Below, in pieces: positions 10,881-24,092 of a stretch of 64,000 nt of DNA. Position numbers and translations under genes: made by a program. Below the pieces are notes generated by a model, which was not told the DNA's origin, searched no databases, and saw only the letters and a list, made by a program, of their open reading frames with translations. The stretch's first letter is position 1. Each line of letters opens with the position of its first letter. This DNA is from Octopus vulgaris (Eukaryota), in assembly GCA_951406725.2 (NCBI GenBank), contig OX597821.1, positions 40,982,001 to 41,046,000 on the forward strand, in the 5' to 3' direction.

Positions 10881-11271
10881 CTCTTTTACTCTTTTACTTG
10901 TTTCAGTCATTTTGACTGCGACCATGCTGGAGCACCGCCTTTAGTCGAGCAAATCGACCCCGGGATTTATTCTTTGTAAGCTCAGTACTTATTCTATCGG
11001 TCTCTTTTGCCAAACCGCTAAGTGACGGGGACGTAAACACGTCAGCATCGGTTGTCAAGCAATGCTAGGGGGACAAACACAGACGCACACACATACATAT
11101 ATATATACATATATACGACAGGCTTCTTTCAGTTTCCGTCTACCAAATCCACTCACAAGGCATTGGTCGGCCCGGGGCTATAGCAGAAGACACTTGCCCA
11201 AGATGCCACGCAGTGGGACTGAACCCGGAACCATGTGGTTGGTTAGCAAGCTACTTACCACACAGCCACTC
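10881..11271 (-). mobile_element. SINE family A, full length
   Basis: Reverse complement of the family sequence. Confidence 0.9.
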
Positions 11272-11279
11272 ATATATAA

Positions 11280-11612
11280 ATGATAAAAAAGAAACTGGAG
11301 AGTTTTAACAGAACTCTCAATTTATTAACATTTTTCTCATTTTATACAAGCCTACAATTGTTTCCATATCTACGCTCACTTACATTACAAATTTATAATT
11401 CAAAATTGCATTATGAAAATTAAAAGGTAGATATTTTTTCAGATTGAAAATTACCTCATAATTTTCATAATGGAATTTTCATAATGCATTTCAATTTATA
11501 AATTTATAACCTGAATGAGGGTAGATAAGGAAACAATTGTAGACCTGTATAAATTGACAAAATGTTAATAAATTGATAGTTCTCTGTTAAAACTCTCATT
11601 TTTTCTTCATCA
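11280..11612. repeat. Diverged fold-back with decayed hammerhead, Penelope-type relic
   Basis: Arms include ctacaattgtttcc/ggaaacaattgtag; minus strand reads CTGAAAA-a-atatctac...gtagatat-g-GAAAC-AATT-GTA. Confidence 0.65.
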
Positions 11613-11835
11613 TATACTACAATAAATTATGCCCATATATATTGAAGTGAAACAAGCACCTATATAAAGAATACCCAAACTCTGTAATGTATTTAATATT
11701 GGTGCCTATTAAATAATAAATACTAATACTACCATGAAATGCAGGACAGGGGAAAGTTTCCCCAATATATTGGGTGAAACCAGAGAAGCTTGAATGTAAA
11801 CATCCCTTTAAAGAGGAATCTATATCCTCACAATA

Positions 11836-11890
<55 letters not shown>

Positions 11891-12166
11891 GAAGAAGAAG
11901 AAGAAGAAGATGAAGAAGAAGACGAAGAATAAGAAGAAGAAAAAGAAAAAGAAAATGGCGATTGTGAGGCTAATAAGTGTTTATTATCAACAACAAATCA
12001 AACATTACACCTTACAGCTGTTTCATTCCTTCATGACACCATCCCTTCATAAGGCTAACATAACCTCTAAACGAATTTTATATATACATATATATATATA
12101 TGTATATATGTATGTATGTATGTATCTGTATTTATATACATATATATATTTATATATATATATATA

Positions 12167-12350
12167 CCGGAGTAAACACATAAATGTGAAACAAGGTGGA
12201 AAAAAGAGTACTCAAATACCAGTGGTAGAGTAATATGCTTTATTTAAAGCAGCAGAAAATTCAACAAAACCTGTTACTCTGGTGAAAGGCAACGGGAAAC
12301 TCAGAGTAACAGGTTTTGTTGAATTTTCTGCTGCTTTAAATAAAGTATAT
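12167..12350. repeat. Fold-back element with a perfect 44 bp inverted repeat, between (TA)n tracts
   Basis: 12238-12281 is the exact reverse complement of 12302-12345; GAAACTCAGAGTA lies at the loop edge. Confidence 0.85.
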
Positions 12351-12436
12351 ATATATATATATTTAAAAAAAACATTATCGGTAAACTTATACACTACTTG
12401 ATAAAATTATTAATTATTAATTAATTAATTAATTAA

Positions 12437-12575
<139 letters not shown>

Positions 12576-14548
12576 AAATGCTGTAACTTTCAGTGCTGGA
12601 TCCAAAACAATGAACTACCAATACACAAAGTAGGACTTGGTATGGACTTATAAACCTCCAATATACTCATTAGCATATTATGGCTGCAAAACGAAATACA
12701 GTTTCCCTTCCAGTAATTAATGTGTACCAATTGCCAGGAATGGGCTTAGTATGTAAATTGGTCTCTCCAATAGGTGTTACACTGTATAATCTTAGTGGCT
12801 ATACAAGCAAGGTATTTGTGGCCAGTTAATAGGTTGGATGTGGTGCTGAGGAGGAACAAGAAGTCCTGAAATGTGTATATACAGCAAATGGTGAACTAAA
12901 GTTAGAGGTACAGGCTGTGAGTAAGTGGTTTGTCAGGGGGAAAGGTATGTATGTATGTATGTATATATGTATGTATGTATGTATGTGTATGTATGTGTGT
13001 ATGTATGTATGTGTGTATGTGTGTATGTATGTATGTGTGTATGTATGTATGTATGTATGTATGTGTGTGTGTGTGTGTATAGATAGATAGATAGATAGAT
13101 AGATGAGTAAATGAGAAAGCTTTACATTATCATTTGCCCTTCTAGGAAGATCCTCAAATCTCAAATAAGTTAAGTTTACACAGTATTATATAGAAATGGT
13201 CAGTGAAAAAATAAAAAAATCAGAAGGCAAATTGAAAGTCATGGCAGAAATGCTTTTGATCAAAGGCTTTCTCAATTATGTTTGACCTAGGTCTAAAAGT
13301 CTGCAATAATGATATTCTTATATTTCTGAGATGTTTCCATATTATTAAGATATTAAACAAAACATATGGAACAAAGCAGAAATGGTCACAAACATGACCT
13401 GACCAAAAGAGATTTCGAGTGGCTCTCCCCCTCTCTCTCTTCTTTTCTAGATATTCTTGAACAATGTTAATGAGGACTACCTCACCAGTACCATTACCAT
13501 GATTACTACCACCCCACCCCCATAACAACAACAATACAAACACTAATACTTCATCATTAACTATTTGTTTCCATATTCTTAAATGTAATTCCGCTAAACA
13601 AAATCTCTGAAGATGTTTGTTTACCAAATTCCATATTTCTGCCTTAGTTCCTGACAAATTTATTGAGTAAATTATGATAGCATCTAAGAATATATTGATT
13701 AAACTATCACAGCATTGTTAAATGATGACCAATCAATGGAATTGTTAAATGGTTATATAGATTAGAATTAGAATATAAAAGTTCTTCTAATGAACAGCTG
13801 CGTTTTTAACTAGAATAAACAATGTGCCAAATCTAATTCCTGACAAACAGAACCAATTCTTTAGATGAATAATACAAAAACTGTGTGGGAGAATATAGAA
13901 GGAAATATATTAATACTTTCAAACAAATTCTTGATTTATATTAATGTATTTTTCTGTTTCTTTTGTGTCACAATTCAAAGAGAGGTGTTTATTTGCAAGA
14001 TTTGACACAAAATTATGCTGTAACACACACACACACGCATGCACACACACACACACATACACACACACAACACACACACACACAGATCAATGTAAAACAC
14101 TCATATTCACATGAATATATGCATAATTAAAACTGTATGTTTATATATGTATGCAAACATGTGTAAATATCTATGAGCATACACATATATGCAAACAAAC
14201 ACATATGAAGAAACATACATCTATAAACGCACGCACACACACACACACACACACACACAGACATTTTATTTCACACTGAAAATTTCAACTCCTATGAAAC
14301 AGAAAATTCAGTAAATATAAAACTTACCTATAATCTCATTGGTCATATCCTTTTAAATGTTAATCATATATATACATACAGATGTACATACATATGTGTG
14401 TGTATATACATATATACTGACGTATATTTGCCATTTAAATATGGCTAACCCCTAAGGGTGGATGCTACTGTAGTTTGTAGCCCCAGGAGGAAACCTCCTC
14501 CAGCTGGCTATAGACACACTTTCATTTTTTTATAACTCGCTCTGAGAT

Positions 14549-14580
<32 letters not shown>

Positions 14581-14662
14581 TATATAATGTATGTATGTAT
14601 GTATGAGTGAGTGGACAACCGAAATAAAAGGGCACTCAATACATTTAGGAAGAGTTACATGC

Positions 14663-14836
14663 ATTATTTAAAACAGTTTGATTTGGTTCCTCACTACTAC
14701 AAGTTTCGCATGCACACACACACACACTCTTTCAAGCTTTGGATTGCTGAATCAAAAGCCTGAAAGAGTCACACTTCCATTAGGGGCCTACGAAACTTGA
14801 AGTAGCATGGAACCAAATCACAATGTTTTAAATAAT
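14663..14836. repeat. Diverged fold-back relic
   Basis: tgatttggttcc..ctactacaagtttcg versus cgaaacttgaagtag..ggaaccaaatca, with an inner hairpin. Confidence 0.65.
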
Positions 14837-14917
14837 ATATATACACACACACACAAATACATATATAGGCATATACATACATACATACATACATACATAC
14901 ATACATACATACATACA

Positions 14918-15509
14918 TGACGGTCGTCCACTCATGACCGAGGAAGACCATTGCCGACCTTCAGGAACATTGTGCACTCTAGGACTAACTTATATTTTGC
15001 ATTTGCAGCTCCGTTGGTGGCTAATGAGCCCTGCTCTTGACAAGCATACACGACTGCAAACATTGCAGACCAAGCTTTCCCCATTCACTATACGAGCCGT
15101 GCACTTTCGCGCAGCTCGCTTAAGTTCTTCATGCTGGATACGTGCTCTCTCAAAAGTGTCGACCCCTCCTTAACCTGCTTCCTCCATCTGGGGCGATGAC
15201 AGGCATTGTTCTCCCAGTCAGTGTCCTGCATATCAAAGGCCTTTAACGAGGACTTGACACAGTCCTTAAATCGCAGCCTTGGTTTCTGCCGGAGTCTCCT
15301 TCCATTCACAAGTTCTCCATAGAGCATCTGCTTACGAATCCTTCTATCCTCCATTCTAATAAGGTATCCAGTCCAATGCAACCAGTGCTTGTGTACCATC
15401 GCCTCAATACTCAAGATATCAACTGTCCTCAGGATCTGTGTGTCTGGAATTTATGAGGTCCAGCCAACATTGAGAATGTGTCTGAGACATCTCTGATGAA
15501 AACGTTCAA
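14918..15509 (-). pseudogene. RTE (BovB-like) LINE 3' end, decayed ORF
   Basis: Minus-strand ERFHQRCLRHILNVGW...HWTGYLIRMEDRRIRKQMLYGEL...KPRLRFKDCVKSSLK, typical of the RTE C-terminus. Confidence 0.9.
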
Positions 15510-15766
15510 TTCAAAGGTTTCCCAGTCTATTATTCGTGACCTCCTTTATGCAGATGACTGTGACTTAGTCACTCATACAGTGGATGACATGCAAATACTC
15601 ATGAATTGCATTTCTGCTTCTTGCAGGGCATTTGGACTCAGCATTAGCCTGGACAAGACTGTTGTAATGTTCTAGCCTGCACCAGGAAATCCATTTATAG
15701 AACAAGCTATCCTGGTTGAAGGAACAATTCTGAAGGTAGTAGACAAGTTTGTCTACCTGGGCAGCA
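15510..15766 (+). pseudogene. RTE LINE reverse transcriptase fragment, inverted relative to the adjacent 3' part
   Basis: IIRDLLYADDC...FGLSISLDKTVVM...KFVYLGS with an in-frame stop. Confidence 0.9.
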
Positions 15767-15848
15767 CATACATACATACATACATATATAAATACATACA
15801 TACACACACATACATACATGCCTATATATACAGATATATATATGTAGG

Positions 15849-16955
15849 CAGGGTGTGTAAAGTATTTGAGGACATACCTTTTTTGGGGTCATTGCTGCAT
15901 TTTTTGCTAACTCTGTATAATCTTTGTTTCAGAAAATAATAATTGCAGACCCTCAACTAATTCAAGAAATGAAGAGGCATGCTGTTATTGTGGTTATAAA
16001 GGCTGGGCATAGCAATTTAGAAATATTTCGATTTTAAAAGTTGCCAGATCTTTCATCTACAAAGTTTGTAAGGAGCTAGAGACTGACAATGGAAATATAT
16101 CACTAATAACCAAGCATAAAAAGCATTCTAAATACTCTGAGATCATCAGGACACCTGAATTTATCCAGCAAGTTCATCAGATCATTAATTACAATCCCAG
16201 AAAGTCCATGAGGTCAAATGCAAAAGATCTCCATGTGTCAAAAGGAACAGTCAGAAATGTTGTCCACTGATGGGGAAAGGTCAATTTGTCAGAAAAAGCA
16301 AAAGAAAATCACTACATCAGATCTAAGAGGCTCTTAAATAAACTGAAAAATCCAGCAGAAGAAGATTTAATTTGGTTTTTCTCAAATGGGAAAAACTTCA
16401 ATCAAGATCAAAATGTTAACAGAAGAAATACCAGATGATTATGTGCAGACCCTTCTGAAGTTCCAAGTGTAATGCATACAAAAGTTCCTGAAACTGTCAT
16501 GGTTTTAGGTGTTGTCAGCAATGAAGGACGTGTGATGCCACCTTACTTCTTTCCACATGGCCTTAGAGTTAACTCTGCTGTCTAAATTGAGGTCCTGGAA
16601 ATAATTGTTAAGCCTTGGATAGACAGTGTATGCAGTGAAGGCCATATGTGTTTCAGTAAGACTCTGCACTATCACACATGGCCCTAGTAACACAGGAATG
16701 GATGGTTGAACATTTGCATGATCTCCATAACCCCTAACATTTGACCTCCTAATTCCCCAGATCTCAATCCATTGGACTATTACATGTGGAGCATTGTTGA
16801 GAGAGAGGTCGATGAACACGCCCATAACATCAAAGATTCTTTGAAAGCTGCCATAGTCAGAGTAATGTCCACAATGAACCAGGACCACTTGATTCGAGCA
16901 TGTAGATTATTTAGATCTCATATACAAGCAGTTGTTGAAGCTGAAGGTGGCTTTT
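15849..16955 (+). mobile_element. Decayed Tc1/mariner superfamily transposon, DD37D (maT) type
   Basis: CAGGGTG start; motifs WFFS(N)(G)KNF, FQ*DSA and PPNSPDLNPLDYYMW; 37 residues between the second and third D after correcting one frameshift; right TIR not seen. Confidence 0.85.
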
Positions 16956-17530
16956 CCACATGCTCCACATTTTTCTCACACCTTTTCCCCATAAACATAT
17001 TTTTTCAAGTTGTTTGTATTTATTTCTTAATCTTGAGCTGCTATAATTAGGCTCTCTGTTTCTCTTTTCTAATTGCTCATTTTTCAGACAAGTGCAGGTT
17101 TTTGTTTTTATACATCCTCAGTGGCTTTCCAAAACTTTCCAAAGGTTTCTCATCAATGTTTAACTTGCTCACTTTGAATTTCATTCTTGTCTTTTTCTCC
17201 TATTCCATACTTGACTACCTGTTCTTTACTTATTGTCTTTATTAATTCCTCTGTGCCGTTCTGTAAATATTATGGAAGTCTTTTGCCTTCCATTTGTACA
17301 CACTCTTCCACAGCAATTAAGCCTCTCTTCAAGTACAACCGGTTGACATCAGCTTTTAGATGGTGGGCTCTTTCATCTGCCTCTATGATCCAAGTTCAAA
17401 TGCTGCTGAGGTCAACTTTGCCTCTCATCCTTTCGAGGTCGATGAAATAAGTTCCAGTTGTATACTGGGATCAATGTAATCAGCTAATCCCCTCCACCAA
17501 AATTTCAGCCCTTGTGCCTATATTAGAAAG

Positions 17531-17610
<80 letters not shown>

Positions 17611-17612
17611 CA

Positions 17613-17888
17613 TTGCATTTGCACAGCTTCTAATGCTGGAGGTGTACTAGTGTCAGCTGTTCACTACCAGTGAACTAAGGTAACACCTCTTATTTTTCGA
17701 GCACCTTCCAGAGCACTCGAGCAGTTCCAAGCAGTGCTGTTCTCTGCAAGTGCTCCACCCTTATTGCAGCCCTTATTTGTTCTACATACTTCTCAAGATT
17801 TTTCCTCACTGTTCCCAGGGCTCCAACAATGATTGGTACTACTACCATATTTTTCATCGACCACAACCGCTTAACTTCCCAAGCTAAG
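17613..17888 (-). mobile_element. Dong/R4-like non-LTR retrotransposon 3' fragment in (TAA)n
   Basis: LAWEVKRLWSMK..VVPIIVGALGTV...LQRTALLGTARVL, the C-terminus typical of restriction-like-endonuclease elements of the R4/Dong clade. Confidence 0.8.
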
Positions 17889-18190
17889 CTTATTATTATT
17901 GTTATTATTATCATTATTATTGTTATTATTATTATTTTTTTTTTTATTGGCTTTGCACAGCTTCTAATGGCAGGATTGTTAGTTTGTAGGACAAAATTCT
18001 TAGTAGAATTTCTTCCAGCTTTTTACAATCCAAATTCAAATTGTGCCAAGGTCAACTTTGCTGTCAAACCCTTTTGGAATCAATAAAAGGAAATACCATT
18101 TGAGCTCTGTACCCAGTGTAACCAACGAAACCCTTCACACTAAAATTATTTGCCTGATGCCAAAATTAGAATCATCATCATTATTATTAT

Positions 18191-18615
18191 GAATGTTTTT
18201 TTCTTCTTTCTTCAAATTTTCTTCCATTTCTTGCCGAGTCTTTTCAATACACCTAGGGCTGAGAAGCTCATTGTATGCATTCCCAGATTACACATACAAA
18301 TTCACAGGTAAAATATGTATTTAAAAAAATTAATGAATAAATAAATTCATGAATGGATATTGTTTTCACAGCGATAATGCTCTTCTCAGTACATGAGTCA
18401 GTCCAGTTAACAATTTTTTGTCCTTCCTGTAGGGATGGTAAGCCTGGTATCACTTTCAAATAGGTCTCAGTACCTTTTTTTTATCATTCCTAGAGATCCT
18501 ACAATCACTGGTACTGTAGTCGCCTTGAGATGCCACATTTTTTTCAATTTCTATCAGCAAGTCTTTATATTTACTGATCTTTTCAAATTCTTTAGCCACT
18601 ATATTGTAATTGCAA
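18191..18615 (-). mobile_element. Dong/R4-like 3' fragment, second subfamily
   Basis: MWHLKATTVPVIVGSLGMIKKG on the minus strand; (TTA)n on both flanks. Confidence 0.75.
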
Positions 18616-18625
18616 AGAATAATAC

Positions 18626-18660
<35 letters not shown>

Positions 18661-19552
18661 GTCCATCCTGGAATAGGAAAAGGGAGTGTAAAAAGTCAAA
18701 ACAATGAAGAGCAGAAAAGTCCCGCCAGGGAAAAATGTGCAAAAGTTTGGTAAAAAGGTTCTCATGACTTAAGATGTCCAAAGAAGCTGTGAGAAGTGGT
18801 GAAGACCAACCTAAGAGTTTTCAGCTAACAGATCTGATGATATAAGATTGAGATAAGTGATAATGTATCCAGTTGTACCTATTCAATCTATGTAGGAAAT
18901 GTGGACATGAAATGATTTCATTAAGTCTAGTACAACATCGGCCCATATCAGTGGCTGAATGAAATGGAATATGGTAAATGTATGCTGGTTTTTACACTTT
19001 GAGGAATTAATTGAGGTCCAATTAAATGTTGTCTGGTTGGATTATTGTAATTTCATACGATGGAATAAAATTAATCGCATGTGATGAAATGAAATTAATT
19101 TTTTATGCGATACAATAAACTAAATTCACAACTAATTAATTTTAAATATTTTGCGCTGGGTAAAACAGAAAAAAAAAAACAGAAAAGAAGAAAAGAAAAT
19201 TAGTAACAAAAAATATGCTAAATTTTGTCATAAAATAAATTCACTCTTTTGAAATTAAGATTGGATTTCCACCAATTTCAATGAAATATTTGATTTTATT
19301 TCATCATATCATAATTGTTTAATGCCAACTTCATCTTCATATCAAATATGCAAATCAATTTTGACCAATTTATAAAGTGCTCATTACTTTATTTTCTTTG
19401 ATCATTAACCATTCAATTGATGGCTTAAAGCCACATAATGCATTAATGCCAAATATTTTATGCTTAATTCTGTTCACGGGTAAGGTTCATTATTGATTAT
19501 CTCCCTTGGATTCACATCGGAATAATCCTCATCCCGGTACTATTAATTATTA

Positions 19553-19819
19553 ATCATGGTTTCAAATTTTGGTCCTAGGCCAGTAAGTTCAGGGCAGGGG
19601 GTCAGTCAATTACATTGATCCCCACCAGAGTTCAACTGGTATTTATTTTATTGACCCTGAAAGTATGAAAGGCAAAATCAACCTCAGTGGAATTTGAACT
19701 CAGAATGTGAAGATGGACAAAATGCTACAAAGCATTCTACCCTGTGTGCTACTGATTCTGCCAGCTCTTCACCTTGATATAATAAAAATAATAATAATAA
19801 TAATAATAATAAAAATAAA

Positions 19820-19887
<68 letters not shown>

Positions 19888-19919
19888 CAATGATAATAAT
19901 AATATTAATGATAATAATG

Positions 19920-19972
<53 letters not shown>

Positions 19973-20443
19973 CCTTTCTACTAAAGGCCTGAAATTTGGT
20001 GGGAAGGGACTAGTTGATTACATTGACCCCCAGTGTTTCACAGGTACTTAATTCATTGACCTGAAAGGATGAAAGGCAGAGTCAAACTTGGTGGAATTTG
20101 AACCCAGAACATAAAGAGGGACAAAACACCACTAAGCATTTCATCCAACATGCTAATGATTCTTCCAGCTTCCCGCCTTAAAAATAATAATAATAATAAA
20201 AATAATAAAGATGATGATGATGATGATGATGATGATCTTTTCTACTCTAGGCACAAGAGCTGAAATTTTGGTACAGGGGCTTAACTGATTACACTGACCC
20301 AGTGCTTGATATTTAATTCATTGTCCTCAAAAGAGTAAAAGGCAAAGTCAACCTCTGTGGAATTTGAACTCAGAACACAAAGACTGATGAAATGTCATAA
20401 AGCATTTTGCCCCATGTGCTAATGATTCTGTCAGCTTACTGCC

Positions 20444-20445
<2 letters not shown>
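19553..20445 (-). mobile_element. Cluster of three family B SINEs separated by (TAA)n/(GAT)n
   Basis: gaaaggcaaagtcaacct...gaatttgaactcagaa recurs near 19670, 20075 and 20340. Confidence 0.85.
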
Positions 20446-20496
<51 letters not shown>

Positions 20497-20969
20497 TTGG
20501 TATAAAAGATGGGCTACAGCAAATATTCTGCTCAGTACCACAGATTTGCTTGTCAGTTGTTTGATCTTAACCAGTTGAGCATGTCCCTTAGTGGCTGACG
20601 ATATGTGCATCTCTGATCATGAGCAGAAGTAGTGGGGGAGCATCATAGCCATGTGTTGAGAGAAATTCTTTGGGGTTTGAATAATTCACCTCTGGGAACA
20701 TGGGTGTTTCATTCAACATCCTTAAACAACCCTTATTCAGGGACCTTTGGAGTGGGATGGGTTACTGAACCAGAAGAAAATTCTAACTGGGCCCCACCTG
20801 CAAGGTCATGTGCTGTTTATCTTGATATGAGATCACCATGTTGTGTGCATATGGTTGTGATGCATGTGCCTGGTGTACCCTTATCAGATGGGTAGTCATG
20901 ATGGGTATATTGGGCTTTGTATAATTGTACCCCAGTGTCGCTTTGATGGCATGCACTGCTCTCTCACTC
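20497..20969 (+). mobile_element. ~0.5 kb non-coding interspersed repeat embedded in (TAA)n
   Basis: Reverse-complement copies at 44126-44643 and 52210-52720; all end in ctctctcactc followed by (AAT/AAC)n. Confidence 0.85.
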
Positions 20970-20972
20970 AAT

Positions 20973-21049
<77 letters not shown>

Positions 21050-21051
21050 GG

Positions 21052-21270
21052 ACCCTTTCTACTATAGGTACAAGGCCTGAAATTTTGAGGGAGGGATAAG
21101 TTGATTATATCAACCTCAGTACACAACTGGTACTTTTTTAACTGACCCCGAAAGGATTAAAGGCAAAGTCAGCCTCGGCAGAATTTGATCTCAGGATGTA
21201 AAGACAGAGGTCAAAATGCTGCTGAGCATTTTGTCCAGCGTGCTAATGGTTCTGCCAACTGACCACCTGA
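21052..21270 (-). mobile_element. SINE family B
   Basis: Family similarity. Confidence 0.85.
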
Positions 21271-21518
21271 ATAAGTAATCATTAATAATGCGAGGAAACA
21301 AATCAACTCAAGCATTAACGAGTCGTATCAATCAATAAATCGATGTTGTTGCTGTTGTAGTTGTTTAGTTTGTGGTCAGTCTTAACTGAACAATCTATGG
21401 CCATTTAAGCCATGACCATCCCAGGTGACCCTGAGGGATGGTTTCTAGCAAGTCAAGCAAACGAATATATACTCCTTCATTGGTTCATCTTATAAATTAG
21501 ATTTATCATTTGGGTTTC

Positions 21519-21680
21519 TCACCACCACCACCACCACCACCATCACCATCACCATCACCATCATCATCATCATCATCATCGTCATCATCATCATCATCAT
21601 CATCGTCATCATCATCGTCATCATTGTCGTCGTCGTTGTCATCAACATCATCATCATCATTGTCATCATCATCGCCATCG

Positions 21681-21711
<31 letters not shown>

Positions 21712-21764
21712 CATCATCATCACCATCATCATCACCATCATCATCATCATCATCATCATCATCA
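21519..21764. repeat. (CAC)n/(CAT)n microsatellite, tail of an RTE fragment on the minus strand (to about 22020)
   Basis: Directly visible; followed by ttaacatccattttgggttggac. Confidence 0.9.
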
Positions 21765-22813
21765 TTTAACATCCATTTTGGGTTGGACAGGCTGCAATTG
21801 TCCGTTTTGGCACGGCTCCAATAGCTGGATATCCTTCTTAATGTCAACCATATTACAGAGTGAACTGGGTGATTTTATATGTCACCAGCACCCACAAGCC
21901 CATGAGACAAGGACCTCTCAGCTGAGAGAGAGAGTGGGTAGCATGGTTGTAAAGGACATGCCTGTATGTATGGATGGCCATGATTTCAATTAGTATGATC
22001 TGTCTTCTCAAGCACAGCAAACCACCACAATCAACAGTCTCTCTTCTCTTTTTCTCTCTTTTGCTCTTTCTGTCCATCCATCTGTCGTAATAAACATCTG
22101 TCAGCAACATGGCCATATGCTATTCTTGCAGTTTGGTCACAGATCAACTTTGATCAAACAAGTTTATGATTATAGGCAACCCAGCCATAAGCAAGCAATC
22201 ATTTTAGGGGAAATTTACAGCACAGGGCTCTTAAGCCAAACATACAACCCCACCTCATTACCACTACTTCCAGCTCATTTTTATTTAAAATAAGTTTATT
22301 ACTATTTCTGTAGAACGGAATATTTTTTTTGGTTTAAAATATTCTGCAAAACACATTTGCCAGCATGCTTTCAGAGTCAGAATCCCAACAGAACTGTACT
22401 GAACACCAATTCTGATGAGTCAAATCAGTGCTGTTTAGAGAATCTTTTGTTATCTCAACCATATATTAAAAGATGTGACCTGTCTCCACTTCACCTTGTC
22501 TATACACACCAAGCGTTTTTTTTCTTCATTTTTCTTTTTCTTTTTTGAATTTTTGCAAATGCTCATCCACACAGAGTCTAGTGATATAAACTGATACTGG
22601 AAGGTTTTGCAGCAATGTAAGCATTCAACCAAACATTGGCCTTCTCAAGAACTGTAGTCATTCATATGGGTAAGTTTGTCACCGTACTTGTTCTAGGTAC
22701 CTTCACTTCATATAACTATACATACCTGCATACATACATACATACATGCATACATACATACATGCATTTATGCATACTTATGGACATACATACAGACATT
22801 CATACATGTATGC

Positions 22814-23302
22814 ATTAATCAAGTGTCCAGTATTATATAGTCATTACAGCCAATCTTGCCAATCAGTTTTGCACTTAGGAGTGTTAGGTAACAGGCAGAT
22901 TATGTAACCCTGTGCTCGTCAGAGGTAGCCATTACAGAATGAAATATGGTGACTGCTCTCTATTGTTTGAAGTGAAAAGACACATTTCCCATAAACTCTT
23001 TTCCAGAAAACTCTTGCCAACTTGCAACAAAACCACTCCCAAGGATACCAAGGAACAAAGCTCTTAACTTTATCTCCTGCTTGATTTATTTTATCATGTT
23101 TTTCACAACAACCACAAACCAGACGTGTCAATTCACCTCCAACCATAAAGAGCTGTCTCCATATTTCATTCCATAAGAGCTACCTCTGAAGAGCGCAGGG
23201 TTACATAATCGAACTATTATCTAACACTGTTGAAACCCTAGTGCAAAGCTGATTCGTAAAATCAGCCTGAATGGATACATAATACTGTGGACTTTGATTA
23301 AT
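22814..23302. repeat. Diverged inverted repeat (~150 bp arms) with a hammerhead-like core in each arm
   Basis: gattatgtaaccctgtgctcgtcagaggtagc versus gctacctctgaagagcgcagggttacataatc; CTGACGA on the minus strand and CTGAAGA at 23186 on the plus strand. Confidence 0.75.
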
Positions 23303-23305
23303 ATA

Positions 23306-24092
23306 CCCACAGCCATGCTACATGGCAGTGAAACATGGGCTGTGACTGCTGAAGATATGCGTAAGCTTGCAAGAAATGAAGCTAAAATGCTCTGCTGGAT
23401 GTGTAATGACAGTGTGCATACACGACAGAGTATAAGTGGCCTGAGAGGAAAGTTGGACATAAGAGGCATTAGATATATTGTTCAAGAGAGACAACTGCTC
23501 TGGTATGGTCATGTGTTGTGTATGGATGAGGACGGCTGTGTGAAACAGTGTCACACCCTAGCAGTAAAGGGGACCTGTGGAAGGGGTAGACCTAGGAAGA
23601 TCTGGGATGAGGTGGTGAAGCATGACCTTCAAATGTTGTGCCGCACGGATGTGATGACAAGTGACCAAGTCCTTTGGAGATATGCTGTACTTGAGAAGAC
23701 CCAGCAAGCCAAGTGAGATATAACAGTGGCCTATGCCAGTGCAGCATAAACGGCCAATCATTGGGCAATAAACTGCGCTTGCAAAGACCTGTTGAGTCAA
23801 GTGAAATCACTGTCGTGGCTGATGACAGTACTGCCTAATTGGTACCCATGCCTGTGGCACATAAAAAGCACCATTCATTGCCAGTGCCGTCTGACTAGCC
23901 CTTGTGCCAGTGGCATGCAAAAAGCACCCACTACACGCTCAGAGTGGTTGGCATTAGGAAGAGCATCTAGCTGTAGAAACTTTGCCAGAGCAGATTGGAG
24001 CCTGGTGCAACATTCTGGCTTGCCAGCCCTCAGTCAAACTGTCCAACCCATGCCAGCATGGAAAGCAGACGTTAAACAACGATGATGATGAT
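23306..24092 (+). mobile_element. 5'-truncated RTE-clade LINE
   Basis: MLHGSETWAV...LLWYGHVLCMDE...RGRPRKIWDEVVKHDL, then 3' UTR and (GAT)n tail. Confidence 0.92.

Noticed and set aside
13220-13657. 145 aa minus-strand ORF
   Set aside because: No ATG at the listed start, no recognisable domain, crosses low-complexity sequence
21490-21847. Poly-M, poly-D and poly-S ORFs (and poly-I/N/L ORFs at 19.7, 44 and 45 kb)
   Set aside because: Trinucleotide microsatellites attached to retroelement tails
22412-22440. Isolated CTGATGA hits (also near 15493, 27222 and 61581)
   Set aside because: No properly placed stem II, GAAA and NUH triplet
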